Notes: a model not told the origin generated them from the sequence alone. DNA of 64,000 nucleotides from a virus (IMGVR_UViG_2816332268_000002:40465-104464), one strand, 5' to 3'. Positions 18,829 through 27,716 are shown, counted from the stretch's first letter. Program-made: numbers and translations.

Positions 18829-19482
18829 ATGACCGAACAAGCAACGGCGCCCGCAGTCATGCCGCCGGCCACCTCTGCTGACGGCAAGCGCAATGCGTTC
18901 TACACGGACTGTCTGAGCCTGAAGGTGAAGAAGCCGTATGCGGCGTGTCAGCACATCGCGGATCACGCGAATGACGCGTCGATTCAGGCGATCTACGGCG
19001 ACTGCCTGACCGAGATTCGCCAGTGCCGCTGCACTGCGCTCGACATGCGTCAGAAGGAGCAGCTGGAGGGGCGCGCGATCTACTTCATTGAGCGAGTGAA
19101 GGGCGAAGCGATCGTCGCGCATCAGCAGCAGGCATGGGTGTCGCCGCTGTCGACAAAGCGCTCCCGCACGCAGCGAAGCGCTGTGCCGGCGCCCGTATCG
19201 AAGCCCGCTGACATCCTGACTCAGCCGGCGATCGGCATCGACATTCATGCGGCCGTGCTCAACCGGATGGTGGCGCAACGCTCGCAGCCGATTGCCGAAG
19301 CAGTAAACGCAACTAACGGTCAGATTGCGCCGACCCATACACCCGCCGCTATCGCGGCGGCCGAAACCCCTGCCGCCACGAACGGGGCGCTTCCCAAGCT
19401 CGTTATCCGAGCAGGCGAGTCGCCGTTCGAGGCGATCCAGCGCATGAAGCGCGAGCGTCAAAACCAACAGGCCCACGCATGA
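18829..19482 (+). CDS. Cys-containing hypothetical protein
   Basis: RBS AGGAG; coding-like codon usage. Confidence 0.7.
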   Translation: MTEQATAPAVMPPATSADGKRNAFYTDCLSLKVKKPYAACQHIADHANDASIQAIYGDCLTEIRQCRCTALDMRQKEQLEGRAIYFIERVKGEAIVAHQQQAWVSPLSTKRSRTQRSAVPAPVSKPADILTQPAIGIDIHAAVLNRMVAQRSQPIAEAVNATNGQIAPTHTPAAIAAAETPAATNGALPKLVIRAGESPFEAIQRMKRERQNQQAHA

Positions 19483-19759
19483 GCGACCCATCTACAAGCC
19501 GATCGAGCAGGTTGCGATCGGCCAGCAATTCATCGACCTCGATACGCGCGCTCGCATGCTGCGCATCGGCAACATCATGTCGGGCCACCGGCCGTCGCTC
19601 GCTGAAGAATTCCAGCGTCAGGAGCTGCACAGCGTCGCGCTCGAGCCCGGAAAGCTGCTGGATGGCCGGCCGTTCCCGGCCGGCCAGGTCTTCACGATGC
19701 GTCGCAACGAGGCGGTGGAGGTCATCAACATCGAACCCGAACATCACACAAAAGGATAA
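19479..19759 (+). pseudogene. Small gene with an apparent 1-bp deletion near 19487 (frameshift or sequence error)
   Basis: ATG AGC GAC CC[C] ATC TAC AAG would join the ATGA-overlap start to the open frame that ends at TAA 19759. Confidence 0.55.
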
Positions 19760-19775
19760 GTCACGAATGACTCAC
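19756..19775. promoter_or_regulatory. Palindromic site spanning a stop codon and the ligase ATG
   Basis: ATAAGTCA-cgaa-TGACTCAC. Confidence 0.7.
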
Positions 19776-21167
19776 ATGAACTCCGACCAAGCTTTCGCGG
19801 CGATCGAGAACATCGCAGCCACCTCCAGCAAGAACGACAAGCAGGCGATGGTGAAGCAGTTCCTCGCGTTCGACACGTTCAAGCGCGTGCTCGTCGCAGC
19901 GCTCGACCCGCTGACCACCTACGGCATGACGCAGGTTCCCGGCCCGATCGAGAACGCGGCGCCCGGTGCGAACACGTTCGAGAACGCGCCGGTCTGGGAC
20001 TGCCTGGACAAGATGGCGAAGCGCGAGCTCACCGGCAACGCGGCCCGCGACGAGGTGCAACGCCTCATGACGTTCCTGACGCCCAGCTCGGCCGAACTGT
20101 TCAAGCGGATCATTCGCAAGGATCTGCGCGCCGGCTTCTCCGAGTCGACGGTCAACAAGGCATGGAAGGGGCTGATTCCCGAATTCCCCTACATGCGTTG
20201 CGCGCTGCTGAAGGACGCGAAGCTCGATGCGTGGACGTGGGGCGAGGGCGTTATCTCGCAGGAGAAGGCAGACGGCATGTTCATGAATGTCGACCACGAG
20301 ACGGGCGGGGTGGTTCGCATCACCAGTCGCCAGGGCTCGCCGTTCCCTCTCGAGGCATTCGGTGGTTTCGTTGACCACGTCCGCGCCTTGTTCCCGGCCG
20401 GCACGCAGACGCACGGTGAAATGCTGGTGCTCGTCGACGGCGCGATCGCCCCGCGCGAAATCAGCAACGGCATCCTGAACCGCATTTCCGCGGGCGGCGA
20501 GTTCGAAGCCAACGAAGTGCCCCGGTTCTTCGCATGGGATCAAATCCCGCTGAGCGTCGTCGCGCCGAAGGGCAAATACGAAGTCGGCTACTGCGAACGC
20601 ATCAAGGCGCTGCTGCTCGGGCTGGCGGCCGGCGCACGCGCGCTGCCGGGAATCGACCCGATGATTCAGCATATTCCGACTCGCATCGTGCATTCGCTCG
20701 AGGAGGCGCTCGCCCACTACCGCGAGCTCCTGGCGCAAGGCAAGGAAGGCACGATCATCAAGAACGGCAACGCGATCTGGAAGGACGGCACGAGCAAGGA
20801 GCAGATCAAGCTCAAGCTTGAGGTGGACGTCGACCTTAAGTGCATCGCGATCGTGGACGGCCGCACCGGCACGAAGAACGAGGGCCGTGCCGGTTCGCTG
20901 ACCTGCACGTCGTCCTGCGGTCAGCTTCAAGTCGACGTGACCGTGAAGAACGAGGCGCTGCGCGACTCGATCGACGCGAACCCGAACGACTTCATCGGCC
21001 GCATCTTCGCGGTGCGCGCGAACTCGATCATGAAGCCGTCCGAGAGCAACGCGTTGCACTCGCTGTTCCTCCCGCGCATGGTCGAGGCGAGCTATCGGAT
21101 CGACAAGACCGAAGCCGACGACCTGGCCCGCGTCGAGCATCAGTTCGCATCGGCGGTGGCGGCATGA
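19767..21167 (+). CDS. ATP-dependent DNA ligase (T4-like)
   Basis: Motif I QEKADG; HGE; WD; EG.IIK; KLK; SLFLPR; start re-assigned to ATG 19767 behind RBS AAGGA. Confidence 0.92.
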   Translation: MTHMNSDQAFAAIENIAATSSKNDKQAMVKQFLAFDTFKRVLVAALDPLTTYGMTQVPGPIENAAPGANTFENAPVWDCLDKMAKRELTGNAARDEVQRLMTFLTPSSAELFKRIIRKDLRAGFSESTVNKAWKGLIPEFPYMRCALLKDAKLDAWTWGEGVISQEKADGMFMNVDHETGGVVRITSRQGSPFPLEAFGGFVDHVRALFPAGTQTHGEMLVLVDGAIAPREISNGILNRISAGGEFEANEVPRFFAWDQIPLSVVAPKGKYEVGYCERIKALLLGLAAGARALPGIDPMIQHIPTRIVHSLEEALAHYRELLAQGKEGTIIKNGNAIWKDGTSKEQIKLKLEVDVDLKCIAIVDGRTGTKNEGRAGSLTCTSSCGQLQVDVTVKNEALRDSIDANPNDFIGRIFAVRANSIMKPSESNALHSLFLPRMVEASYRIDKTEADDLARVEHQFASAVAA

Positions 21168-21370
21168 GCGCGCAACTAACCGGAAAGCTGTTGAGCACCG
21201 TCGCTGAGCTGAAGGAGGCGATCAAGGACTTGCCGGACGACATGCAGGTCGCGACGGTGATGTCGTCCGGCGTCATCATCCCGATCGGGCTTTCGATCGC
21301 TCGGCGAGGGAAGAGCAACAAGAACTACACCGTGACGCGCGGCGGCGTCGAAATCCTCTGCATCCGGTAA
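21164..21370 (+). CDS. Hypothetical protein
   Basis: ATGA overlap; TVAELKEAIKDLPDDMQV motif common in small phage proteins. Confidence 0.65.
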   Translation: MSAQLTGKLLSTVAELKEAIKDLPDDMQVATVMSSGVIIPIGLSIARRGKSNKNYTVTRGGVEILCIR

Positions 21371-21379
21371 AGGCCCGAC

Positions 21380-21586
21380 ATGAAAACCATCACGCTCAAC
21401 GAGATCCGCGCGGCGTCGCCGTTCCCGTGGGTCACGCAGGTCAACTTCAACGGCATGGGTGGCGTTCGCATGCTCGATGCAACCGGCAAGGAAGTCCCGC
21501 TGCTGAACATCACGGCGCTGGCTGGAATTCTGACCACAACGCTCGCGGCCGCGCCAGCGACCGCCCAAGCGGAGGGCGTCTCATGA
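21380..21586 (+). CDS. Hypothetical protein
   Basis: Operon spacing and codon usage. Confidence 0.6.
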   Translation: MKTITLNEIRAASPFPWVTQVNFNGMGGVRMLDATGKEVPLLNITALAGILTTTLAAAPATAQAEGVS

Positions 21587-21927
21587 GGATGATCGAGCAG
21601 TGGCTCGTGCGGCTGGGGTTGATCGACCCGACGGTTAAAGCCCTCGCCGACCTGATGCGCGACGACCCCGACACGTTCACCGAGCATCACGAGCATGACT
21701 GGCGAACCGCGTGGCTGCTGCACCGATCGCGCGTGTTCTCGGTGATCTGCCATGCCCCGCGCGGGCGCAGTCCGCTTCCGCAATTCCGGGTGGCGAGCAA
21801 GAGAGGGTGGGAGTTCGCTGCCCACCTCAGCATCCTGAATCGCGTGCTCTTGACGCTGTCGTGGCCGAAGCACCTCAGGCCGAAGCGCATCAAGCATGAC
21901 GAGCAGCACGGGCAGCGATTCGCGTAA
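21583..21927 (+). CDS. Hypothetical protein
   Basis: ATGA overlap; RBS GGAGG; followed by a terminator. Confidence 0.6.
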   Translation: MRMIEQWLVRLGLIDPTVKALADLMRDDPDTFTEHHEHDWRTAWLLHRSRVFSVICHAPRGRSPLPQFRVASKRGWEFAAHLSILNRVLLTLSWPKHLRPKRIKHDEQHGQRFA

Positions 21928-21948
21928 CACCGCCTTACCTGTCATAAC

Positions 21949-21972
21949 AAAGCCCGCAATTGCGGGCTTTTT
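21949..21972 (+). terminator. Intrinsic terminator
   Basis: AAAGCCCGCA-AT-TGCGGGCTTT-TT. Confidence 0.85.
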
Positions 21973-22036
21973 CATGCAGGCGATCGACACCGGGTAAACC
22001 ACGCCCGTATCATGTGCGGAATTTTTGGAGAAGCAC

Positions 22037-22432
22037 ATGAACAACAAGCACTTCACTCTCGGCGATCTGCGCGTCATGCTCGCCCCGCTCAGCATCGCGC
22101 GCCGCAGCGCTGTTCTTTTCGCGCTCGATACTCACACCTCGATCGAAGACTCCGTCCTGCTCGGATGGAAAGAAGCGCTCCGCAGGAACTACAGCGAGTT
22201 CGCCAAGGAGATCGTGCGTGCGCAACCGCGTCACCTGCACTTGGACTACGTGTTTTGGGAATACCTCGACAATGGTGTCGCAGCGCCGTTGTTCGCGCTA
22301 GAAGATAGTGTGAAGTCGGTAGCGCTTGGTCGCAACTTCGCTGAGTTACAGGCGCTCTACGATCGCATGGTGTGGATCGATACGCGCGCCGAAGCCGACG
22401 ACTTCAAACGAGTTCTAAGCGAGGTGATGTGA
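22037..22432 (+). CDS. Hypothetical protein resembling a truncated tyrosine-recombinase catalytic fragment
   Basis: FT..DL..ML..L...RR.AVLFALDT..SI.D...L.W resembles box I but lacks the catalytic Arg. Confidence 0.55.
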   Translation: MNNKHFTLGDLRVMLAPLSIARRSAVLFALDTHTSIEDSVLLGWKEALRRNYSEFAKEIVRAQPRHLHLDYVFWEYLDNGVAAPLFALEDSVKSVALGRNFAELQALYDRMVWIDTRAEADDFKRVLSEVM

Positions 22433-22887
22433 GCGAGAGATTTGTGTTCTGGATCGATTGGGGAGGGTGGTTCCTATCGAATGTAATTGTCGGTGCCTTT
22501 GCGCCACTTATCCTTCTCTGGGTCATCAAGTTCGGTCGCGCCATTGTGCACTCGACAACGTCGACCGACACCTTCGCGCCGTTTCGCGACGGTCAGTTGG
22601 GGTTCGTTGCGCTGGGTTGGGCCGCTGGCGCAGAAGCTGAAATCTTTAAATGGGCTGCGAGCGGACACTTGGCATTCTGGGAGCTTTGGGTCGGTCTGCT
22701 GATTCTGATCCCGGCCGGTGTCGGCGCGCTCGTCGCAGGCCTGGGTTCGATCGCAACATCCCACACGCCACCGCCGGCAGCTTCGGTGTGGGCTTGGATG
22801 CGGACCTACCTGGCGTTCACCGCGTCGGTGGTCGCGTGCGTGGTAGTATTAGTGATGGCTGCCGCAGTGCATTACGCTGCGAACTGA
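22429..22887 (+). CDS. Multi-pass membrane protein (about 4 TM)
   Basis: GTG start, RBS GAGG; four hydrophobic segments. Confidence 0.7.
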   Translation: MSERFVFWIDWGGWFLSNVIVGAFAPLILLWVIKFGRAIVHSTTSTDTFAPFRDGQLGFVALGWAAGAEAEIFKWAASGHLAFWELWVGLLILIPAGVGALVAGLGSIATSHTPPPAASVWAWMRTYLAFTASVVACVVVLVMAAAVHYAAN

Positions 22888-22896
22888 GGAGGGAGT

Positions 22897-23043
22897 ATGC
22901 AATTCCTGCAACAACATCGTCTGGACGATCCGCATACGCTTCAGGCAAACCAGGAGCTTCTGCGTAAGGTCGCGAAGTTCGGCAGTGCCGTCTCATTGCT
23001 CGCCATGTTCGCGGCTGTGGCAATCATCCTGTTTGCGCGTTGA
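22897..23043 (+). CDS. 48-aa membrane peptide (absent from the ORF track)
   Basis: RBS GAGGAGGGAG; MQFLQQHRLDDPHTLQANQELLRKVAKFGSAVSLLAMFAAVAIILFAR. Confidence 0.6.
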   Translation: MQFLQQHRLDDPHTLQANQELLRKVAKFGSAVSLLAMFAAVAIILFAR

Positions 23044-23068
23044 TAGTTTAAGCCGCTACGTCGTATCG

Positions 23069-23103
23069 AAAAAAGCCCGCCACTGTGCGGGCTTTTTTGT
23101 TTT
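23069..23103. terminator. Bidirectional intrinsic terminator
   Basis: AAAAAAGCCCGC-loop-GCGGGCTTTTTT between convergent genes. Confidence 0.85.
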
Positions 23104-23174
23104 CGTTAGGCGATCGACGAAGGCGAGGACACAGCGCAAAAGAAACCCCGCGCTCGGCGGGGGCTCGGCGGGGC

Positions 23175-23669
23175 TTACGAAGTCGTCTTCTGTGTCGAGC
23201 CCGGAGCCTTCTTCGGGACAGGTCCGCGTTTCACTTCTTTGCTCGCTAGATCAAGGCGCTCCTTGTTGCGTTCCGCGAACGAGCGAAACGCCTTGCCAAG
23301 ATCATCGATAAGTTCTTGGTCAGCGAAATCAAGGTTCATCACGCCAAGTTCCGAGCGAGCATACTCAACAAGGGCAAATTCCGAACGTGTGATCGTCGAA
23401 TTCCTGCCGATGATGTCTTCCAGGATCTCCCAAACTTCCGGAGTCTTTTCAATCATCACCATGCGGAGCAGGTGGACGGGATCGATGCCCAACGACTTTG
23501 CAAGCAGCTTGACCTTGTTGAGCGGAACCTGCGTGCGGCCCTGCTTGAGCATCGTAATCATGTTCGGGTTTTCGTAACCGATCTCCGCCGCGATCTGTCG
23601 CTGCGGTTTGCCCGACAGTCCGATCACGCCAGAAATGTAGTCGGCTACTGAAATTTGTTTGGTTGCCAT
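23175..23669 (-). CDS. XRE-family HTH transcriptional regulator (candidate phage repressor)
   Basis: QRQIAAEIGY.NPNMITMLKQG...PL..V..LAK.LG.DP HTH; divergent from the early operon; palindromic site in its own promoter. Confidence 0.8.
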   Translation of the reverse strand: MATKQISVADYISGVIGLSGKPQRQIAAEIGYENPNMITMLKQGRTQVPLNKVKLLAKSLGIDPVHLLRMVMIEKTPEVWEILEDIIGRNSTITRSEFALVEYARSELGVMNLDFADQELIDDLGKAFRSFAERNKERLDLASKEVKRGPVPKKAPGSTQKTTS

Positions 23670-23722
23670 TGATGAGCCTCCCCAAAAATTCTTGAATGTT
23701 CGGTGATTCTAGCACCGAAGAA

Positions 23723-23747
23723 ATTAGTTACAGATGACTTTATTATA
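23723..23747 (-). promoter_or_regulatory. Repressor promoter -10 (TATAAT, minus strand) followed by a palindromic site
   Basis: Minus strand reads TATAAT-AAAGTCA-tctg-TAACTAAT. Confidence 0.6.
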
Positions 23748-23924
23748 GTGGGTCTAGTAGCGCCCAACGAAGGAACTATCGGCAGTCGTTTCGGTGCCCT
23801 GGCTTCCCATGTAACTGGAGCGTCACAAAACTTGTCTGATCCTGACTGTATCGGTCTATAATATAAGTAACCGCTTATCAACATACGGACGATACAAAGA
23901 ACTCAATCATTCAAGGAACGCTTC

Positions 23925-24152
23925 ATGTTGGAGAACCTCACCCTCATCCGTGCACCGTATTCGGCCATGATCGACCTCAAGGTCGACTTGCGTTTGATTG
24001 CAAGCATGGACGCGGGTTCCACGCAAACGGAGATCGGCGAGCACCCGGACTTCGGGCATCTGATCCTGATCGATTCGTCGATTGGCGACTCCACAATCGC
24101 GGTGGCCAGCAATGGCGCGGAAAAGCTCAACAAATGGTTATCCGCAAGATGA
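23925..24152 (+). CDS. Small hypothetical protein divergent from the repressor
   Basis: RBS AAGGA; TATAAT at 23857. Confidence 0.6.
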   Translation: MLENLTLIRAPYSAMIDLKVDLRLIASMDAGSTQTEIGEHPDFGHLILIDSSIGDSTIAVASNGAEKLNKWLSAR

Positions 24153-24234
24153 TGTGCTGACTTGCCATAAGTGCGTGCTGATAATTGAAATTCGATGAGT
24201 TGATAGCCCAAATTGTGGGTCTGAGGGAAGCCTG

Positions 24235-26409
24235 ATGCGCGTAAACAACAACGTTCTGATACTGCGGGAAGCGATCACCAAGATCGTTCCGATGTTAACT
24301 CAGCGTTCAGTGAAGGTTACACAACAGGGGACGCGTGCTTACGTGGCATACAGCCGCAAGACGCACGCGATCGAGCGCGTGAACCTTCCCTATATTCCTG
24401 ACGACGCGGACGATCAGTTGCTCGCTGCGACGCAGGGCTTTCTCGATCATGAAGTCGGCCACATCCTCTTTACGGACCAGAAGGCGGTCGTGAAGGCAGA
24501 GAAGCTGGGGATCCACTGGCTGCACAACTTGGTCGAGGACACCTACGTTGAGCGCAAGATGGGCGAGCGCTTTCCGGGCTCGGGCGGCCACCTCAGTCGG
24601 ATGCATAGCTTCTTCTTGCGCGAATACATCGATAGCCAGCTCCGCGAGGCGCCAGAGCAGGCGAAGAACATCCTGCTGGTCCCCGCGTTCCGCGCCCTGG
24701 CAGGGCAGCCGGCGTTCATCGACTACATGGCAGGCAAGTGGGATCAAGTCGGCGATGTCGTCGACAAGCTCGGCAAGGACTTCGGGAAGCTGTTGAGGGG
24801 CATCAACAGCTCGTGGGACAGCCTGAAGGTTGCGGAGGAGGCGAAGAAGCGCCTGTCGGCCCCGACGCCGAAACCCAAAGCGCCGCCGCCGCCCGCTGCG
24901 CCACCCGAGCCGCCGGAGCCCGGCATGTCGGGCGACGAAAGCGAACCGGATGAAGCGGCTGCGGGCGATCCCAGCGGCGGTAGCGAGCCGCTGTCAGAAG
25001 CAGAGCCGCTGCCAGAAGCAGGGCTGGTGGAAGAGCAAGACCTGGAGCCGACGGCCGAGTCCGAGAGTGGGTCGAGCGGCGCACCCGAAGGTGAGGATAT
25101 TCGGGATGAGCCCGCGCCGGAAGGTGATGGCGAACAGGGCGACACTGACGCAAGCGCAGAGGCGGGAGAGGGCGCCGACTCGGCGGCCGACGAAGACCAG
25201 GACGACCCGAGCGACGAGCAGGGCGACGGCATGCTGGGTGGCGATGCCGCTCAGGGCGATCAGCCGTCCGAAGACGGCGAAGAGCAGGAGCAAACCGAGA
25301 ATAGCTCTGGCGAGACGGGCGCGTCTGGTGCAGAAGGCGAAGACGAGGGCGATGCCGGCGAGCAGGGCACGATGCCAGCTGGTGGCGCCCCTGCAGAGAA
25401 CGAAGAGTCGACGACGTCGCTGTTCGATGAGTTGAACGAGTCGCCGGCGCCTGACTTCGACGAGGCAGCTGCAGAGGCGCTGTCGAAGAATGCGCGCACC
25501 GCCACGAAGGGTTCGCAGTATTCCCTGTTCTCGCGGGACTATGACGACGTGTCGCTTCTGGAGGTCGATGAGGGGTTCAACCAGGATCTCGTGACTCGTA
25601 TGCAGAAGGAAGTCGATCACATGATCGGGCCGCTCCAGAAGACGCTCGAGCGTGCAGTTGCTGCGCGTTCGGCCGCGGTATGGACTGGCGGTCACAAGAC
25701 GGGCCGGCTGCATGGACCGTCGCTCGCGCGGATCAGCGTCGGACGCTCGGACGTGTTTCGACGCAAGCAGACCAATAAGACGAAGGACGTCGCGGTCGAG
25801 CTGCTCGTGGACTGCTCCGGGTCGATGTGGTCGCATCGCAAGATGGTGATCGCCGCGTATTCGGCATATGCGCTGTCTTCGGTCCTGGATCAGCTGAGCA
25901 TCCCGAACGAAGTGCTTGCCTTCACGACGAAGGATTATCCGCGCGAGGCGCTCGAGCAGTTGGTCCGCGAAGAGCAGGAGGGCGGTTTCGTCTACACGCG
26001 CCGCTCAGCCCTGCGTCTCGCAATCGTGAAGGGGTTCAACGAGCGCATGACGCCCGACATTCGTCGCCGATTCGCGCAGTTGGCGCACTGCGACGACATG
26101 ATGGCCGAGAACGTCGACGGTGAATCAGTGCAGATCGCCGCCCGCCGCCTGATGCAGCAGCGCGCAGAGCGGAAGATCCTCAAGGTGCTGTCGGATGGCA
26201 TGCCGGCGTGCAACGGGATGAGCGCCGCACTGAACGAGCACCTGAAGGAGGTCGTTCGCAAGGTCGAGGCATCCGGCGTCGACGTCATCGGCTTGGGGAT
26301 CGTCTCGGATGCGGTGGAGGCGTTCTACCGCTCGCACGTCGTGCTGAACGACGTCAAGGATCTGCCGACCACTGTCATGAAGGAGTTGCACCGACTCCTC
26401 TTGAAGTGA
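24235..26409 (+). CDS. CobT-like VWA protein with an N-terminal HExxH domain and an acidic linker
   Basis: LDHEVGH..HNLVED; MIDAS DCSGSM; LSDG.P; paired with a MoxR-type ATPase. Confidence 0.85.
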   Translation: MRVNNNVLILREAITKIVPMLTQRSVKVTQQGTRAYVAYSRKTHAIERVNLPYIPDDADDQLLAATQGFLDHEVGHILFTDQKAVVKAEKLGIHWLHNLVEDTYVERKMGERFPGSGGHLSRMHSFFLREYIDSQLREAPEQAKNILLVPAFRALAGQPAFIDYMAGKWDQVGDVVDKLGKDFGKLLRGINSSWDSLKVAEEAKKRLSAPTPKPKAPPPPAAPPEPPEPGMSGDESEPDEAAAGDPSGGSEPLSEAEPLPEAGLVEEQDLEPTAESESGSSGAPEGEDIRDEPAPEGDGEQGDTDASAEAGEGADSAADEDQDDPSDEQGDGMLGGDAAQGDQPSEDGEEQEQTENSSGETGASGAEGEDEGDAGEQGTMPAGGAPAENEESTTSLFDELNESPAPDFDEAAAEALSKNARTATKGSQYSLFSRDYDDVSLLEVDEGFNQDLVTRMQKEVDHMIGPLQKTLERAVAARSAAVWTGGHKTGRLHGPSLARISVGRSDVFRRKQTNKTKDVAVELLVDCSGSMWSHRKMVIAAYSAYALSSVLDQLSIPNEVLAFTTKDYPREALEQLVREEQEGGFVYTRRSALRLAIVKGFNERMTPDIRRRFAQLAHCDDMMAENVDGESVQIAARRLMQQRAERKILKVLSDGMPACNGMSAALNEHLKEVVRKVEASGVDVIGLGIVSDAVEAFYRSHVVLNDVKDLPTTVMKELHRLLLK

Positions 26410-26428
26410 TTTTTTTACGCCCGAAAGG

Positions 26429-26448
26429 ATAAGTAAAAAGTGACTTTA
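26429..26448. promoter_or_regulatory. Palindromic site overlapping a TTTACA -35 box
   Basis: ATAAGTAA-aaag-TGACTTTA. Confidence 0.75.
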
Positions 26449-26525
26449 CAAAGCCAAGCGGGCACCTCTATTATTCACCAATCGCTTAATTTCTTGAATT
26501 TTTCGTGTTGAACACGGGGGAACGA

Positions 26526-27716
26526 ATGAACGAGTCCAACGGCAAGATCGCGTGCGCCATCTGCGGCGCGATGATCCATTCGGTTGAGCTGCACCTGAAG
26601 GACAAGCATGAAGACATGACGCTTCACCAATATCAGGCTCAGTATCCGAATGCGCCGGTTCTGTCTGAGGTCGCAAAGTCTGCGATCGCAAAGCGCCTGG
26701 CAGAGCAGGGCAGCGCCGCGCCGGCGGTCGCTATGGCCGGCAGCGCAATGCCGGCGAATGTCACCGCGCTCAATCCGAACGGGGAGACGACAGGCGCTCT
26801 GCATGAAGTCTTTGGGCTCGGTGACGCGCCGGCCGGCAAGAATGGACGCGGTCAGCCGATCCCCGTGACGGTCTTTGCCAACCCGTCGAATCCCGAATTT
26901 GTGCCCGCTGTCGACAGCGGCTTCATCTTCGACGTGGACAACCTCAAGAACGCCTTGATGGCGATCGAACTCGGAAAGAACCTGTTTGTCTGGGGCCACG
27001 CTGGGACGGGCAAGACGACGCTCGTCGAGCAGATCGCGGCACGCACCGGGCGTCCCGTCGTTCGCATTCAGCACTCGATCGGCACCGAAGAAGCGCATGT
27101 GCTCGGCCAGTGGGTCGTGCGTAACGGTGAAACCGTCTTCGAGCCCGGCCTGCTGCCGCTCGCGATGCGTCATGGCTGGATCTATCTCGCCGACGAATAC
27201 GACTTCGGGTTGCCGGCCGTCCTCGCCGTGTATCAGCCTATTCTCGAATATGGTAAGTCACTAATTATTAAAGATGCGTCGCCGGAGTGGCGCGTCGTGA
27301 AGCCACACCCGAACTTCCGATTCGTTGCGACAGGCAACACGAACGGCTCCGGTGACGACACGGGCCTGTATCAGGGCACGCAGATTCAGAACGCTGCGAA
27401 CTTCGACCGGTTTGGCATGGTCATTGAGGCGACCTACATGAAGCCTGAGCTCGAGCAATTGATCCTCGTGAACCGGTCGAAGATCAAGTCGGACCAGGCA
27501 CAAAAACTGGTGCAGTTCGCGAACATGGTGCGCGATTCGTATCGGTCGAAGGAAATCAGCAACACGATCTCGCCGCGCTGCCTGATCGATGCGGCCGATA
27601 TCGGGCTGCGCAAGGGCAGCTGGCGCGCAGGCCTGACGCTCGCCTTCATCAACAAACTTTCGCCCGTTGATCGTCAAGTCGTCGACGGCGTCGCATCGCG
27701 CATCTTCACCAGCTAA
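26526..27716 (+). CDS. CobS/MoxR-like AAA+ ATPase with an N-terminal C2H2 zinc finger
   Basis: CAIC...H...H; GHAGTGKT; LADEYD; HPNFRFVATGNT; DRF; ISPR. Confidence 0.88.
   Translation: MNESNGKIACAICGAMIHSVELHLKDKHEDMTLHQYQAQYPNAPVLSEVAKSAIAKRLAEQGSAAPAVAMAGSAMPANVTALNPNGETTGALHEVFGLGDAPAGKNGRGQPIPVTVFANPSNPEFVPAVDSGFIFDVDNLKNALMAIELGKNLFVWGHAGTGKTTLVEQIAARTGRPVVRIQHSIGTEEAHVLGQWVVRNGETVFEPGLLPLAMRHGWIYLADEYDFGLPAVLAVYQPILEYGKSLIIKDASPEWRVVKPHPNFRFVATGNTNGSGDDTGLYQGTQIQNAANFDRFGMVIEATYMKPELEQLILVNRSKIKSDQAQKLVQFANMVRDSYRSKEISNTISPRCLIDAADIGLRKGSWRAGLTLAFINKLSPVDRQVVDGVASRIFTS
27253..27272. promoter_or_regulatory. Intragenic degenerate site
   Basis: GTAAGTCA-ctaa-TTATTAAA, an AT-rich patch in a GC-rich CDS. 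Confidence 0.55.

Noticed and set aside
19479-19766. 96-aa N-terminal extension of the ligase in the ORF track
   Set aside because: Ser/Arg-rich off-frame sequence; the likely start is 19767 and another frame is coding here
23670-23925. LexA (CTGT-N8-ACAG) box in the switch region
   Set aside because: CTGT is present but the matching ACAG is not
24157-24186. Additional palindromic site ATAAGTGC-gtgc-TGATAATT
   Set aside because: Too degenerate to count with confidence; may be only a promoter
24235-27716. Cobalamin biosynthesis (cobT/cobS) as auxiliary metabolic genes
   Set aside because: No cobN or other cob genes; the architecture fits a generic MoxR-VWA pair
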